Positions 47,887 through 57,528 are shown, counted from the first letter of the stretch. The stretch: 64,000 nucleotides of DNA from Bacillota bacterium (GCA_029225225.1 JAQXWB010000065.1:253-64252); one strand, 5' to 3'. Notes: generated from the sequence alone by a model not told the origin. Program-made: numbers and translations.

Positions 47887-50022
47887 TTACATATCGAAGG
47901 GTTCCATGCTGAGGACGGGGTGACCGACCTCGCTCAGGAAGGCGAGCAGCTGCTCGGGATCCTCGGTGCAGATCGTTTCATCGGCGATCATGTCGGTGAA
48001 GTTATCGACATCGTACAGCTCCTTTGCCGTCGCGTCGAGCTTCTCGCGCATCTGCTCCTTCAGATCCTTCGGCAGCCAGACGATTCTGCCGGGACCGCCT
48101 TCGGCAGCGATGAACTTCTTCGAAGCGATGAAGTGCTTACCGTGACCCATGAAGCCCGGGGTCTGCACGCCGCCGCCGGTCATGGAAGCCATCTCGGAGA
48201 AGGTCATGCCCAGCGGAGTCATGCCGGTATGCTCGCGGGTGGTGATGACAACGCCCATGGAGCAAGGCTCGACGCCGCAGATACACTCGAAGCAGCCGCA
48301 GGAGGTCATCGGGTCTTGGAACAGGGAGTAGAGTGTGACATGCTCCAAAGCGCCGTGAGAGTACTTATTGACTGCCTCGTCAACGTCCTCATAGGCACCG
48401 AGGCGCTCGTCAACGCACTTCTCCTTCGTGACAACTTGGCACGGACCCTGCGGATCCAGCTCGTTGGTCGCCTTCGCGTCCAGCCACGAGACAGCGCCGC
48501 ACAGACCGAGACGCTCGGGGGTGACGATGCAGACGTGGCTCGGGGAGAACGCCTGACACATGATACAGGAATAGAACACGGGCACGGACTCGTCGGTCAT
48601 GGAGGACAGACGCTCGTCGCGCTTGTCAAAGATCTCGTTCGCGGCGGCACGGAGCGCCTTGTTCGGCTCGTCGCCGACGACGATGCGGACTTGGCACTTG
48701 TCCACGACCGTGTCAAACTCGCTCTTGATCTTGGCGTAGAGGACTTCGCCGATGTGCTTGAAGCGGAAGCCCGCCTCGTAGTCCGCCTTGCTCACGCGGA
48801 TGCGGATCATGTCGCGCTGACCGGTGTGCATGACGCCCTCGACGCAGTTGAGGAACTGGTGGATCTTACGCTCGAAGACCGGCTCGAAGTCGGGCTGCAT
48901 CGCCTTGCCCGCGACCTCGACGGTGTAGGACAGGGAGATCTTGCTGCCGACGGGAATCTCGTCCATCTCGGGGCCTTCGACGATGATCTTGTGATCCTCG
49001 ATCTCGGAGGCCTCCTTGGTGACGACCAGCTCGAAGCAGTCCTTGCGGGAGCCGTCAACCTCGACCTGCATATCGCCCTTGCGGATGATCTCGCCCTCGA
49101 AGGCAGAGGAGAAGGAGACGGGAATGTCGATGTTCGTAACCTTGAGCTTGATGCCGCGCGCCTCAATGGAGGTTTCGATCCAGTCGCGGGTATTCTCGTT
49201 GATGATGAGGGACTTCGGAACCGCCCACATATCATTGGTGTCGTTGGTGATGACGGGGAAGCCCATCTTGATGGCGCCTGCGCCGCAAGCGACGACGATA
49301 TCGCTCACGGGGGCGTAAGCGTTGACCATTGCGTTGATGCGGTCGAAGGTGTAGCGATGGAAGCCGTTGGCGTCGCCGGGCTGGATGGCGCCGAAGATGA
49401 ACGCCGCACGGACGACGAGGGAGATGATATGTCCGACCGCCCAGATGTCGTTGCCGACCGGCACGACGCGAACGCCGAAGTTCATTTTGTAGTCCTTCTC
49501 AACGAGCTGGTCAATGATGCCGCCGATGAGGAAGACGAAGATGCCGCGGGACTGATAGCCCTTGACGGTCTCGACGGCTTCTTCCGCCGAGGGAGCTGCG
49601 CCGATCATAACGACGAAGCCGGGAATGTCGCCCGTGACGAGCGGGACGCCAAGCTCACGAACCTCTGCGTCCGTGAAGTGGCCGTGGTAGACGGTGTCTG
49701 CGTAAGGCTCGGCGCTGCGGGCGTACTTGCAAGCCTCAATGACCTCGGCGGCAATGGCGGTGCCGATGCCGGAGGAGAAGATGGAGGCGGTGCGGTTTTC
49801 GCGCGTCATCATCGCGCGGATGTCGGTCATTGCAGCCTTCAGCTCGCCGAGGGTGGTGACCTTCTTGCCGATGTAAGCGTAGATGCAGGCGAGGTAGTAA
49901 GCGGTCGAGGGCATGGTCAGGGGAGCGGCTTCGCCCAGCTCCGCGATGACAGCGTCCAGCTCCGCTTCCGCCTTGCCGAGCATTTCGTCGGAGCCGCGGA
50001 ATACGCGTTCAAAAAGTGCCAT
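47887..50022 (-). CDS. acsB: acetyl-CoA synthase (CODH/ACS complex, A-cluster subunit)
   Basis: 711 aa, colinear with Moorella-type AcsB as I recall it. Carries FYSCIMCQAFSPSHVCIVTPERLGLCGAVSWLDAKA and the A-cluster motif MTSCGCFEC. Confidence 0.9.
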   Translation of the reverse strand: MALFERVFRGSDEMLGKAEAELDAVIAELGEAAPLTMPSTAYYLACIYAYIGKKVTTLGELKAAMTDIRAMMTRENRTASIFSSGIGTAIAAEVIEACKYARSAEPYADTVYHGHFTDAEVRELGVPLVTGDIPGFVVMIGAAPSAEEAVETVKGYQSRGIFVFLIGGIIDQLVEKDYKMNFGVRVVPVGNDIWAVGHIISLVVRAAFIFGAIQPGDANGFHRYTFDRINAMVNAYAPVSDIVVACGAGAIKMGFPVITNDTNDMWAVPKSLIINENTRDWIETSIEARGIKLKVTNIDIPVSFSSAFEGEIIRKGDMQVEVDGSRKDCFELVVTKEASEIEDHKIIVEGPEMDEIPVGSKISLSYTVEVAGKAMQPDFEPVFERKIHQFLNCVEGVMHTGQRDMIRIRVSKADYEAGFRFKHIGEVLYAKIKSEFDTVVDKCQVRIVVGDEPNKALRAAANEIFDKRDERLSSMTDESVPVFYSCIMCQAFSPSHVCIVTPERLGLCGAVSWLDAKATNELDPQGPCQVVTKEKCVDERLGAYEDVDEAVNKYSHGALEHVTLYSLFQDPMTSCGCFECICGVEPCSMGVVITTREHTGMTPLGMTFSEMASMTGGGVQTPGFMGHGKHFIASKKFIAAEGGPGRIVWLPKDLKEQMREKLDATAKELYDVDNFTDMIADETICTEDPEQLLAFLSEVGHPVLSMEPFDM

Positions 50023-50058
50023 TATCGTTTCATCCTTTCAGATCTGTTTTAGGAAAAG

Positions 50059-50197
50059 GGGGTAGCCTCTTTGTCATTGCGAGACCGGTGCGCACACCGG
50101 TCGTGGCAATCTGTGGCTGTAGATTTGTAAGCGCTTGGTAGTGCCGGCACGAGATTGCCGCGTCGCTGCGCTCCTCGCAATGACATGGGAGGGTAGC
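50059..50197. repeat. Repeat locus R15 (A2 - degenerate K - A1rev) between cooC and acsB
   Basis: TGTCATTGCGAGACCGGTGCGCACACCGGTCGTGGCAATCT...GAGATTGCCGCGTCGCTGCGCTCCTCGCAATGACA. Confidence 0.9.
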
Positions 50198-50222
50198 TTG
50201 CCGTGACAATCCAAAACGCAAA

Positions 50223-50987
50223 TTACATTGCGTCTAATTTGGCTTTGATTGCGCGGATCTCTTCCAGCGCGGTGGGGGAGCAGTCGTAGGGGGACAAGCC
50301 CTTGCGGTCGGCGTCGATGACCTCGGCGTTATAGCTGACAAAGCCGAGCAGGTCTTCTTCCGGGATGCGCGCGCGGATAAATTCGCGGTCGGAATCGTCG
50401 CGGATCTTATTGGCGACCACGCGCACCTTGGTGATGCCGATGTCGCGGGCGAGCTGCTTGATGCGGGTGTAGGTCTGCACGGAGCGCGCGCCCGGCTCGA
50501 GCACGACGATGAACTGATCCATGCAGCTTGCCGTGCCGCGTCCGAGGTGCTCCAAGCCCGCCTCCATGTCCATGATGACCACATCGTCCTTGCGGAAGAC
50601 GAGGCTGGACAGGATCGCCTTGAGCATCACATGCTCGGGACAGACGCAGCCGCTGCCGCCCACATCCACCGTGCCCATGACGAGCAGCTTCACGCCGTTG
50701 ATCTCGCGGGAGAGCTTGTCGGGCAGGTCGGAGACTTCGGGGTTGAGCTTATAGAAGGTGTTGCTGTCGTTCGCGCCGGTGCGCTCCTTGGCAAGCTGCT
50801 TCATCTTCGACACGGGGACGATGGAGTTGACCTCCTCCTCCGTCATGCCGAGCGCTAAGCCCAAGTTGGCATCCGGATCGACGTCGGCAGCCAAGACCTG
50901 CCTGCCCTCGTCGGCGTACAGCCTTGCGAGCGTGGCGGCAAGGGTGGTCTTTCCGACGCCGCCCTTGCCCGTGATGGCGACCTTCAT
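50223..50987 (-). CDS. cooC: CODH/ACS nickel-insertion accessory ATPase CooC/AcsF
   Basis: P-loop GKGGVGKTT and the CxC metal motif (GSGCVCPEH). Confidence 0.85.
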   Translation of the reverse strand: MKVAITGKGGVGKTTLAATLARLYADEGRQVLAADVDPDANLGLALGMTEEEVNSIVPVSKMKQLAKERTGANDSNTFYKLNPEVSDLPDKLSREINGVKLLVMGTVDVGGSGCVCPEHVMLKAILSSLVFRKDDVVIMDMEAGLEHLGRGTASCMDQFIVVLEPGARSVQTYTRIKQLARDIGITKVRVVANKIRDDSDREFIRARIPEEDLLGFVSYNAEVIDADRKGLSPYDCSPTALEEIRAIKAKLDAM

Positions 50988-50988
50988 A

Positions 50989-52887
50989 TCAGATGCCCAA
51001 AGCGGCGCGCTTCTGCTCGATGCGCTCGATCATCAAATCGCCGAGTTTGTCAATGTCCAGCTCGACGGTGTAGTTCGCTTCGACCCAGTCCTTCACGCCG
51101 TGCTCGCCCTGCAGCAGGGCAGTGACTTCCTCGCTGCCCTTGGTGTAAGGATCAACGCCGAGGAAGGTGTCAATGCCGGTAGCGACGACGTAGTTGCCGA
51201 TGGAGACGGCCTTTTCGCTCATCCACTCCGGCGCGCAGCCGACGACGGGAACCTGAGAAATGTTGACGCCCCAGTCCTTCGCAATGTCGGAGGCGAGGAT
51301 CATCATACGGGAGATATCAACGCAGGAGCCCATGTGCAGCACGGGCGGAATATCGACCAGCTCACAGACGCGCTTCAGGCCCTCGCCGCAAAGCTCCTTG
51401 GCTTCCTTGTCCATCAGACCTGCCTTGGCAGCCGCCTGTGCGGAGCAGCCGGAGACGATGAGGATGATGTCGTTCTTGATGAGCTTCTTCATCAGTTCAA
51501 TGTGCGCGGTATCGGGGCGCACTTTGGGGTTGTTGCAGCCGACCATCGCCACGGCGCCGCGCAGAACGCCGGACTTGACCACATCCACGAGAGGCTTGGT
51601 CGTGCCGGTGACATCGACATGGCTGTTCGTCACGCCGTCGAGGCAGCCCTTGATCGCTTCAACGGAGTAGCCGACGGTCGCCTTGGTCTTGAGCTGCGGG
51701 ATGTTGACCATGCTCTGGTCGCGGTTCTTAAAGTTCTCGATTGCCATCTTCACGATTGCCTTGGCGTTCTCGCCCGCGTTTTCGGAGCTGAAGCGGATGA
51801 ACTCGGAGTCCGGCATCCGCGCAATCGGAGAGGTGGTGATGAATTTCGTATGGAAGCACTTGGACAGGGGTCCGAGTGCGGGGAAGATGCACTGCACGTC
51901 AACGACGATGGCTTCGCAAGCGCCCGTGAGGACGACGTTCTCCTGCGAGAGGAAGTTGCCTGCCATCGGGATGCCGTGGCGCATGGCGACCTCGTTGGAG
52001 GTGCAGCAGACACCGGCGATGTTGATGCCCTTTGCGCCCATGGACTTGGCATAGGCGATCATCTCGGGGTCGTTGGCGTAGAAGACGATCATCTCCGACA
52101 GGGAGGGGTCATGACCGTGGACGATGATATTGACCATGTCCTTTTCCATGACGCCGATGTTGGCGCTGGTGTCCACGGGCTTCGGCGTGCCGAACAGGAC
52201 ATCGGAGAACTCCGTGCCCATCATCGAGCCGCCCCAGCCGTCGGACAGGCCTGCGCGCAGGGACTGACGGATCAGCGCTTCGGGCAGGGACGAGCAGCCC
52301 ATGTGGGTCATGTGCAGCGACTGCGAAACCTCGCGGTCAATGGCGCGGGGAGCAATCTCCGCCTTTTCCCACAGCTCCTGCGTATGCTCGGGTGCACGCT
52401 TCAGGAAGCGCTGCGTGCCGAAGGGCTTGCCGTATTCCATCAGGCCGGTCTCGGCGACCTCGTGCGCAAGGTCGTAAATGTCCCTGCCCTCGGTCTCGAT
52501 GCCCCATTCCGTGGCGATGCGCTTCAGCTTTTCGGGATCCTTGACGGTGTAGTTGCCGCCCTCGCGGGTCTGGTAAAGGGTGTGGCAGATTTCGCGGCCG
52601 TGGTCGGAGTGCGTTGCCGCGCCGCCTGCGGTGAAGCGCAGGTAGTTACGGGCGACGATACCGTGGACGTCGCAGCCGCAGATGCCTCTCGGCGCCTTCG
52701 GGGTGATGCGGCACGGGCCCATCGAGCAGATACGGCAGCAGGTGCCCGCTTCGCCGAAGCCGCAGTGCGGCGTCTGGTTCTTCACGCGCTGCTGCCAGCT
52801 GTCCGCGCCGACCTTCTTGCCGTTTTCCAGAAGAGAGGCGGTTGCTTCCTCCATCTGTTCGACCGTGATGTAGCGTTCTTGGCTCAT
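50989..52887 (-). CDS. cooS: anaerobic carbon-monoxide dehydrogenase catalytic subunit
   Basis: N-terminal Fe-S cysteines HCGFGEAGTCCRICSMGPCRI, 632 aa. ATG 52887 follows AGGAGGAA (track ORF extended to 52947). Confidence 0.9.
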   Translation of the reverse strand: MSQERYITVEQMEEATASLLENGKKVGADSWQQRVKNQTPHCGFGEAGTCCRICSMGPCRITPKAPRGICGCDVHGIVARNYLRFTAGGAATHSDHGREICHTLYQTREGGNYTVKDPEKLKRIATEWGIETEGRDIYDLAHEVAETGLMEYGKPFGTQRFLKRAPEHTQELWEKAEIAPRAIDREVSQSLHMTHMGCSSLPEALIRQSLRAGLSDGWGGSMMGTEFSDVLFGTPKPVDTSANIGVMEKDMVNIIVHGHDPSLSEMIVFYANDPEMIAYAKSMGAKGINIAGVCCTSNEVAMRHGIPMAGNFLSQENVVLTGACEAIVVDVQCIFPALGPLSKCFHTKFITTSPIARMPDSEFIRFSSENAGENAKAIVKMAIENFKNRDQSMVNIPQLKTKATVGYSVEAIKGCLDGVTNSHVDVTGTTKPLVDVVKSGVLRGAVAMVGCNNPKVRPDTAHIELMKKLIKNDIILIVSGCSAQAAAKAGLMDKEAKELCGEGLKRVCELVDIPPVLHMGSCVDISRMMILASDIAKDWGVNISQVPVVGCAPEWMSEKAVSIGNYVVATGIDTFLGVDPYTKGSEEVTALLQGEHGVKDWVEANYTVELDIDKLGDLMIERIEQKRAALGI

Positions 52888-53025
52888 AGTAGATTCATTC
52901 CTCCTGTTTTGTTTTGAGGCACAAAAAATGCACGATGCGAAAGGCACCGTTATATGAAAGCGCTTTCCGCCCCGCCGGGGACGACACGCTTTCGAATGGG
53001 CAATACGCCCAAATTAACCGATATG

Positions 53026-53054
53026 ATTTTATCAATAAAGGGCTCTGATGTCAA
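53026..53054 (-). promoter_or_regulatory. candidate promoter for cooS-cooC-acsB
   Basis: Minus strand: TTGACA, 17 nt, TAAAAT. Leaves a structured leader of about 130 nt. Confidence 0.5.
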
Positions 53055-53174
53055 TGCTTATTTCGGAAAAAGCGACCTTTTTTGCACAATCTTGCGGGAA
53101 AAAGGATATCCCCCCTGCGGGGTTGGAAACGGAATGCCGCATTTTCGGCAGGACGATGTTCGGCGCACGGTATA

Positions 53175-53203
53175 TTGACTTTTTCCTCGCGGAAAACTAT
53201 ACT
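53175..53203 (+). promoter_or_regulatory. candidate promoter for the second M20 hydrolase
   Basis: TTGACT, 17 nt, TATACT. Repeat locus R16 lies between it and the start codon. Confidence 0.5.
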
Positions 53204-53208
53204 GTGAG

Positions 53209-53379
53209 GTAGTGAATAGAAAGCGGAAAATCGTTCACTGCTTGGAGTTTGTATATGCTTTGTAGGGCGGGGACATGCCCCCGCCGTCCGCGAAGCGGCA
53301 GACGGTACAGACGAACGAGTTTGTACGTACTTGGTAGTTCCTACACGCGGCGGGGACATGTCCCCGCCCTACAGAATAG
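53209..53379. repeat. Repeat locus R16 (H - C - K - Crev)
   Basis: GTAGTGAATAG...TGTAGGGCGGGGACATGCCCCCGCCGTCCGCGAAGCGGCAGACGGTACAGACG...TTTGTACGTACTTGGTAGTTCCTACACGCGGCGGGGACATGTCCCCGCCCTACAG. Confidence 0.9.
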
Positions 53380-53407
53380 AATATTATTCATTATGGAGGG
53401 ATAGGAT

Positions 53408-54631
53408 ATGGACGCGGAACGGTTTTTACGGGAAGCGGAGGCATTGCAGCAGACGCTTGTACAGGAGCGGCGCTGTCTGCATCAGAACGCGGAGGTCGGC
53501 TTTGCTTTGGAGCATACCGTCGCCTTTGTGAAGGAGGAACTGACGGCAATGGGGCTGACGCCGACACCCTGCGGAAAGGCGGGGCTTGTCGCGCAGGTCG
53601 GCGGCAAGCAGGCGGGGAAGGTCTTCCTGCTGCGTGCGGATATGGATGCCTTACCCATTCACGAAGAGGCGGACGTTCCCTTTGCCTCGCAGAACGGTAA
53701 TATGCACGCCTGCGGACATGACATGCACACGGCGATGCTGCTCGGCGCGGCAAGACTCCTAAAGGTACACGAAGCGGAGCTTGCGGGAACGGTCAAGCTG
53801 ATGTTCCAGCCCTCGGAGGAGACCTTTGAGGGCTCAAAGGATATGCTTGCGGCGGGTCTGCTCGAAAACCCGAAGGTTGACGCGGCGCTGATGATTCATG
53901 TGATGGCGGGGATGCCGCTGTCTGCGGGGTCGGTGGTCGTCTCTGCGCCCGGAGTGAGTGCGCCTGCGGCGGATTATTTTGAGATCACAGTACAGGGCAA
54001 GGGCTGCCACGGCTCCATGCCGAACACCGGCGTCGATCCCTTGAGCGCCGCCGCCCATATTCTGCTGGCATTGCAGGAGATTCACGCCCGGGAGCTGGCG
54101 ATGGAGGACCGCGCCGTGCTGACCGTCGGCACGCTGCACGCGGGCACGGCGGCAAACGCGATCCCCGACACCGCCGTCATGGGCGGCAGCCTGCGCACCT
54201 TTGACGAGGAGACGCGCGCGTTTGTTAAGCAGCGCCTGACCGAGATCGCGGAGTGGACGGCAAAGGCATTCCGCGCGGAGGCAAGCGTGCGCTTCGGCAC
54301 GGGCTGCCCGACCTTGCGCAATGACGCGGCGCTTTCGCAGTGCGCGGAGAAGTACGTCAAGGAGCTTTTGGGCACGGGCAGAGCCTTTTCCGTCGCGGAG
54401 CTGAACGCGGCGGGCGGCGGAACCTCGTCCAAGAGCGCGGGCTCGGAGGATTTTGCCTATGTCAGCCAGCAGGTTCCCTCGATCATGCTTGCGCTGGCAA
54501 GCGGACAGCCGGAAAAGGGCTACCGCTATCCGCAGCATCACCCGCTGGTCAAATTCGACGAAAGCGTCCTCTCCGTCGGCGCGGCGGTGTACGCCTACAA
54601 CGCAATGCGCTGGCTGGAGGAGCATGCGTAA
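53408..54631 (+). CDS. M20-family amidohydrolase (second paralog)
   Basis: MHACGHDMH metal motif, 407 aa. GGAGGGA RBS. Confidence 0.8.
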   Translation: MDAERFLREAEALQQTLVQERRCLHQNAEVGFALEHTVAFVKEELTAMGLTPTPCGKAGLVAQVGGKQAGKVFLLRADMDALPIHEEADVPFASQNGNMHACGHDMHTAMLLGAARLLKVHEAELAGTVKLMFQPSEETFEGSKDMLAAGLLENPKVDAALMIHVMAGMPLSAGSVVVSAPGVSAPAADYFEITVQGKGCHGSMPNTGVDPLSAAAHILLALQEIHARELAMEDRAVLTVGTLHAGTAANAIPDTAVMGGSLRTFDEETRAFVKQRLTEIAEWTAKAFRAEASVRFGTGCPTLRNDAALSQCAEKYVKELLGTGRAFSVAELNAAGGGTSSKSAGSEDFAYVSQQVPSIMLALASGQPEKGYRYPQHHPLVKFDESVLSVGAAVYAYNAMRWLEEHA

Positions 54632-54656
54632 GCAAAGGAAAAACATGCGTAACTAA

Positions 54657-54693
54657 AAAGATGCCAAAGGAACGGACTCTCGGCATCTTTTTT
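54657..54693 (+). terminator. intrinsic terminator after M20 hydrolase 2
   Basis: AAAGATGCC-loop-GGCATCTTT followed by TTT. Confidence 0.6.
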
Positions 54694-54704
54694 GTATGCA
54701 CTCG

Positions 54705-55064
54705 ATAATTCCTGTACCGGCACGCCGTGCCGCGCGAGCGACAAGAGGTAAAAGTAAACAGGGTTGAACACAGTTGGTAGCTCCTGCACGAGATTGCCAC
54801 GGCGCAAGCGCCTCGCAATGACACAGAGGGCAGCCTTTTCGTGTCATTGCGAGGAGCGCAGCGACGTGGCAATCTCCGGTTGCTAACTTGTACGCAGTTG
54901 GTCGTTCCTGCACAAGATTGCCACGGCGCAAGCGCCTCGCAATGACACGGAGGGCAGCCTTTTCGTGTCATTGCGAGGAGCGCAGCGACGCGGCAATCTC
55001 CGGTTCCTAACTTGTACGCAGTCAGTCGTTCCTGCACCGGCGGGGACATGTCCCCACCCTACAG
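54705..55064. repeat. Repeat locus R17 (K, two tandem [A3rev-A1-K] units of 124 bp, Crev)
   Basis: AGATTGCCACGGCGCAAGCGCCTCGCAATGACA at 54791 and 54915, each followed by TGTCATTGCGAGGAGCGCAGCGACGyGGCAATCT. Ends with GGCGGGGACATGTCCCCACCCTACAG. Confidence 0.9.
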
Positions 55065-55076
55065 AGGAGATATAGG

Positions 55077-55110
55077 AAAAGCTGCCGAACGGGGGTGTTC
55101 GGCAGCTTTT
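55077..55110. terminator. bidirectional terminator (downstream of pta)
   Basis: AAAAGCTGCCGAAC-gggggt-GTTCGGCAGCTTTT. Confidence 0.7.
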
Positions 55111-55119
55111 CTTGGATGT

Positions 55120-56118
55120 TTACGCCTGTGCGGCGGTGATGATTGCCATTTTGTAGACCTCGTCGGCGTTGCAGCCGCGGGAGAGGTCGTTGATCGGGGC
55201 GTTCAGACCGAGCAGGATGGGGCCGTAAGCTTCATAGCCGCCGAGACGCTGCGCGATCTTATAGCCGATGTTGCCCGCCTCAATGCACGGGAACACAAAG
55301 GTATTGGCATAGCCCGCGACGGGGGAGCCGGGGAACTTGAGCTGACCGACGACGGGAGAGACTGCCGCGTCGAACTGCATCTCGCCGTCGAGGGCGAGAT
55401 CGGGTGCCATTTCCTTTGCCTTTGCGGTGGCCGCCTGCGAGAGGCTGACCGTGCCGCCCTTGCCGGAGCCCTTGGTTGAGAAGCTCAGCATGGCGACCTT
55501 CGGGTCGATGCCGAAGAGCTTTGCGCAATTCGCAACCTCGATGGCGACCTCCGCCAGCTTGTCCGCAGCGGAGACAACGACATTGCCCTCTTTGTCAAGG
55601 GTGTCTTCATAGGAGATGTTGATGGCGCAGTCGCCCATGGCAAGCTTCTCCTCGCCGCGGACGAGAATGAAGCAGGACGAGACAAGGTGCGCGCCGGGCT
55701 TGGTCTTGACGAGCTGGAGCGCGGGACGGACGGTGTCGGCGGTGGAGTAGGTTGCGCCGCCGAGCAGGGCGTCGGCATAGCCCATCTTGACGAGCATCGT
55801 GCCGAAATAGTTGCCCTTGGAGAGGGCGTCGCGGCACTGCTCCTCGGTCATCTTGCCCTTGCGCAGGGCAACCATCGTCTCGACCATCTTGTCCATTTCG
55901 GGATAGGTCGCGGGGTCGAGGATTTCCAGACCCTCAATGTCAAAGCCGCATTCCTTTGCCTTGCCCGTGACGACATCGACATTGCCGACGAGGATCGGGG
56001 TCAGGAAGCCTTCCTTCTTCAGGCGGGCGGCAGCTTCCAAAATACGCGCGTCGTGACCCTCGGTGAAGACGATCTTACGCGGGGTTTCCTTTAATTTTTC
56101 AATGAGACGATCAAACAT
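55120..56118 (-). CDS. pta: phosphate acetyltransferase
   Basis: MFDRLIEKLKETPRKIVFTEGHDARIL start, about 332 aa short-form Pta. AGGAGGAA RBS. Start verified at 56118. Confidence 0.9.
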   Translation of the reverse strand: MFDRLIEKLKETPRKIVFTEGHDARILEAAARLKKEGFLTPILVGNVDVVTGKAKECGFDIEGLEILDPATYPEMDKMVETMVALRKGKMTEEQCRDALSKGNYFGTMLVKMGYADALLGGATYSTADTVRPALQLVKTKPGAHLVSSCFILVRGEEKLAMGDCAINISYEDTLDKEGNVVVSAADKLAEVAIEVANCAKLFGIDPKVAMLSFSTKGSGKGGTVSLSQAATAKAKEMAPDLALDGEMQFDAAVSPVVGQLKFPGSPVAGYANTFVFPCIEAGNIGYKIAQRLGGYEAYGPILLGLNAPINDLSRGCNADEVYKMAIITAAQA

Positions 56119-56164
56119 GATGTTCCTCCTAAATTTCGGGCGAATGCCCGATTTTTCCCATCTA

Positions 56165-57058
56165 TTATATATCCGCAGAGGAGAGAAAATCAAGGGTTAC
56201 AGCAAAATCGGAGCGAATTTCGACGATTTTTTCACGGAGCGGGTGGCAAAACCGTAGGGAAGCGGCGCAGAGCTGCTGAGAAAAAAGCCCGCGCGTTTGG
56301 GAGAACGCCTGCGACGCCTCTGTGCCGTACTGCGGGTCGCCCAAAATGGGACAGCCGAGGTAAGCGCAGTGCAGGCGAAGCTGATGCGTCCTGCCTGTCA
56401 GCGGGTGCAGCTCCAAAAGGCTCGCTCCGTCCGCCGAAGCAAGGACGCGGTAGCGCGAACGGGCGGGCTTTCCGTCCTCGCGGATGCAGCGGAGCAGGCT
56501 CGTTTCGCTGACCCTTGCGATGGGCGCGTCGATCAAGCCCTCCGATTTGGTCGGAGCGCCGAAGACAAGGGCGCGGTAGGTCTTTTCGATGGCGCCGCTT
56601 TTGGACATGGCGCAGAGCTTGGCGTGGATATGGGCGTCTTTTGCCAACAGGACAACGCCGAGGGTGTCGCGGTCGAGGCGGCTGACAGGATGGACGGCGC
56701 AGGGCTGACCGGTCTTTTGATAGTAGCCCAGCAGACGGTTGGCAAGCGTGCCCGTGTTGCGCGAGAAGGACGGATGCACAAGCATACCCGCAGGCTTGTC
56801 CACGGCGATGAGGGCTTCATCCTCATATAAAATATGTAATCCGCCGTCCTCTGCGGGGTAGTCGGGCGTGTCCTCGTCGAGCCGAACGCGTACGGTATCG
56901 CCGATCTTTACGGGGTGATCCGTGTGGGCGGGCGCGCCGTTGACGGTGAAGGCGCCGCGATATTTCAGGCGCTTGACAAGTCCCGACGACAGCGCAAGCT
57001 CCCGCCGAAGGATCGACAGGAGCTTTGCGTCTCTTGGACTGATACAGGTCAGCTCCAT
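56165..57058 (-). CDS. RluA-family pseudouridine synthase
   Basis: S4-like N-terminus and the catalytic motif HPVSRLDRDTLGV. Its ATG overlaps the upstream gene's TGA (TGATG). Confidence 0.85.
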   Translation of the reverse strand: MELTCISPRDAKLLSILRRELALSSGLVKRLKYRGAFTVNGAPAHTDHPVKIGDTVRVRLDEDTPDYPAEDGGLHILYEDEALIAVDKPAGMLVHPSFSRNTGTLANRLLGYYQKTGQPCAVHPVSRLDRDTLGVVLLAKDAHIHAKLCAMSKSGAIEKTYRALVFGAPTKSEGLIDAPIARVSETSLLRCIREDGKPARSRYRVLASADGASLLELHPLTGRTHQLRLHCAYLGCPILGDPQYGTEASQAFSQTRGLFSQQLCAASLRFCHPLREKIVEIRSDFAVTLDFLSSADI

Positions 57059-57483
57059 CACCGCGCCTCCGTGAGCTGCGGCGCGATGTACTGCTCCAAG
57101 CAGTAGCGCATGATGGCGCGGCGGGTGACAATGCCGATAAACGCGCCCTTGTCATCCACGACGGGCACGAAGTTTTGATCGGTCGCCTTTAAAAGCAGCT
57201 CCTGCATATCCGTCGAGACGGACACGGGCAGATTATCTCTGCGGTGGCTGATGGACATAATGCCGTGCTCCTCGGTATCGCGCAGATCCATGCAGCAGAG
57301 GTTCTTGACCGCCCAGAGGAGGTCACCCTCGGTGAGCGTGCCGCAGTATTCGCCGCTGCGGCTGAGAATGGGCAGCGCGGTATAGCCCGAATGCTCCATG
57401 CGTTCGAGCGCCTGACGGAGGGTATAGTCATCGTATAAGTAAGAGCAAGAGGATTTGGGCGTGAGGAAAAATAATAAATTCAA
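57058..57483 (-). CDS. CBS-domain pair protein
   Basis: The family-typical N-terminus (LNLLFFLTPKSS...) begins at TTG 57483, preceded by AAGGAAGG. The track's 197-aa ORF gains 56 extra residues that are translated repeat sequence (R18). Confidence 0.65.
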   Translation of the reverse strand: MNLLFFLTPKSSCSYLYDDYTLRQALERMEHSGYTALPILSRSGEYCGTLTEGDLLWAVKNLCCMDLRDTEEHGIMSISHRRDNLPVSVSTDMQELLLKATDQNFVPVVDDKGAFIGIVTRRAIMRYCLEQYIAPQLTEAR

Positions 57484-57528
57484 TGGAAACCTTCCTTTTT
57501 GGATGAAGTAAATGGTGCGCTTTGTGAT

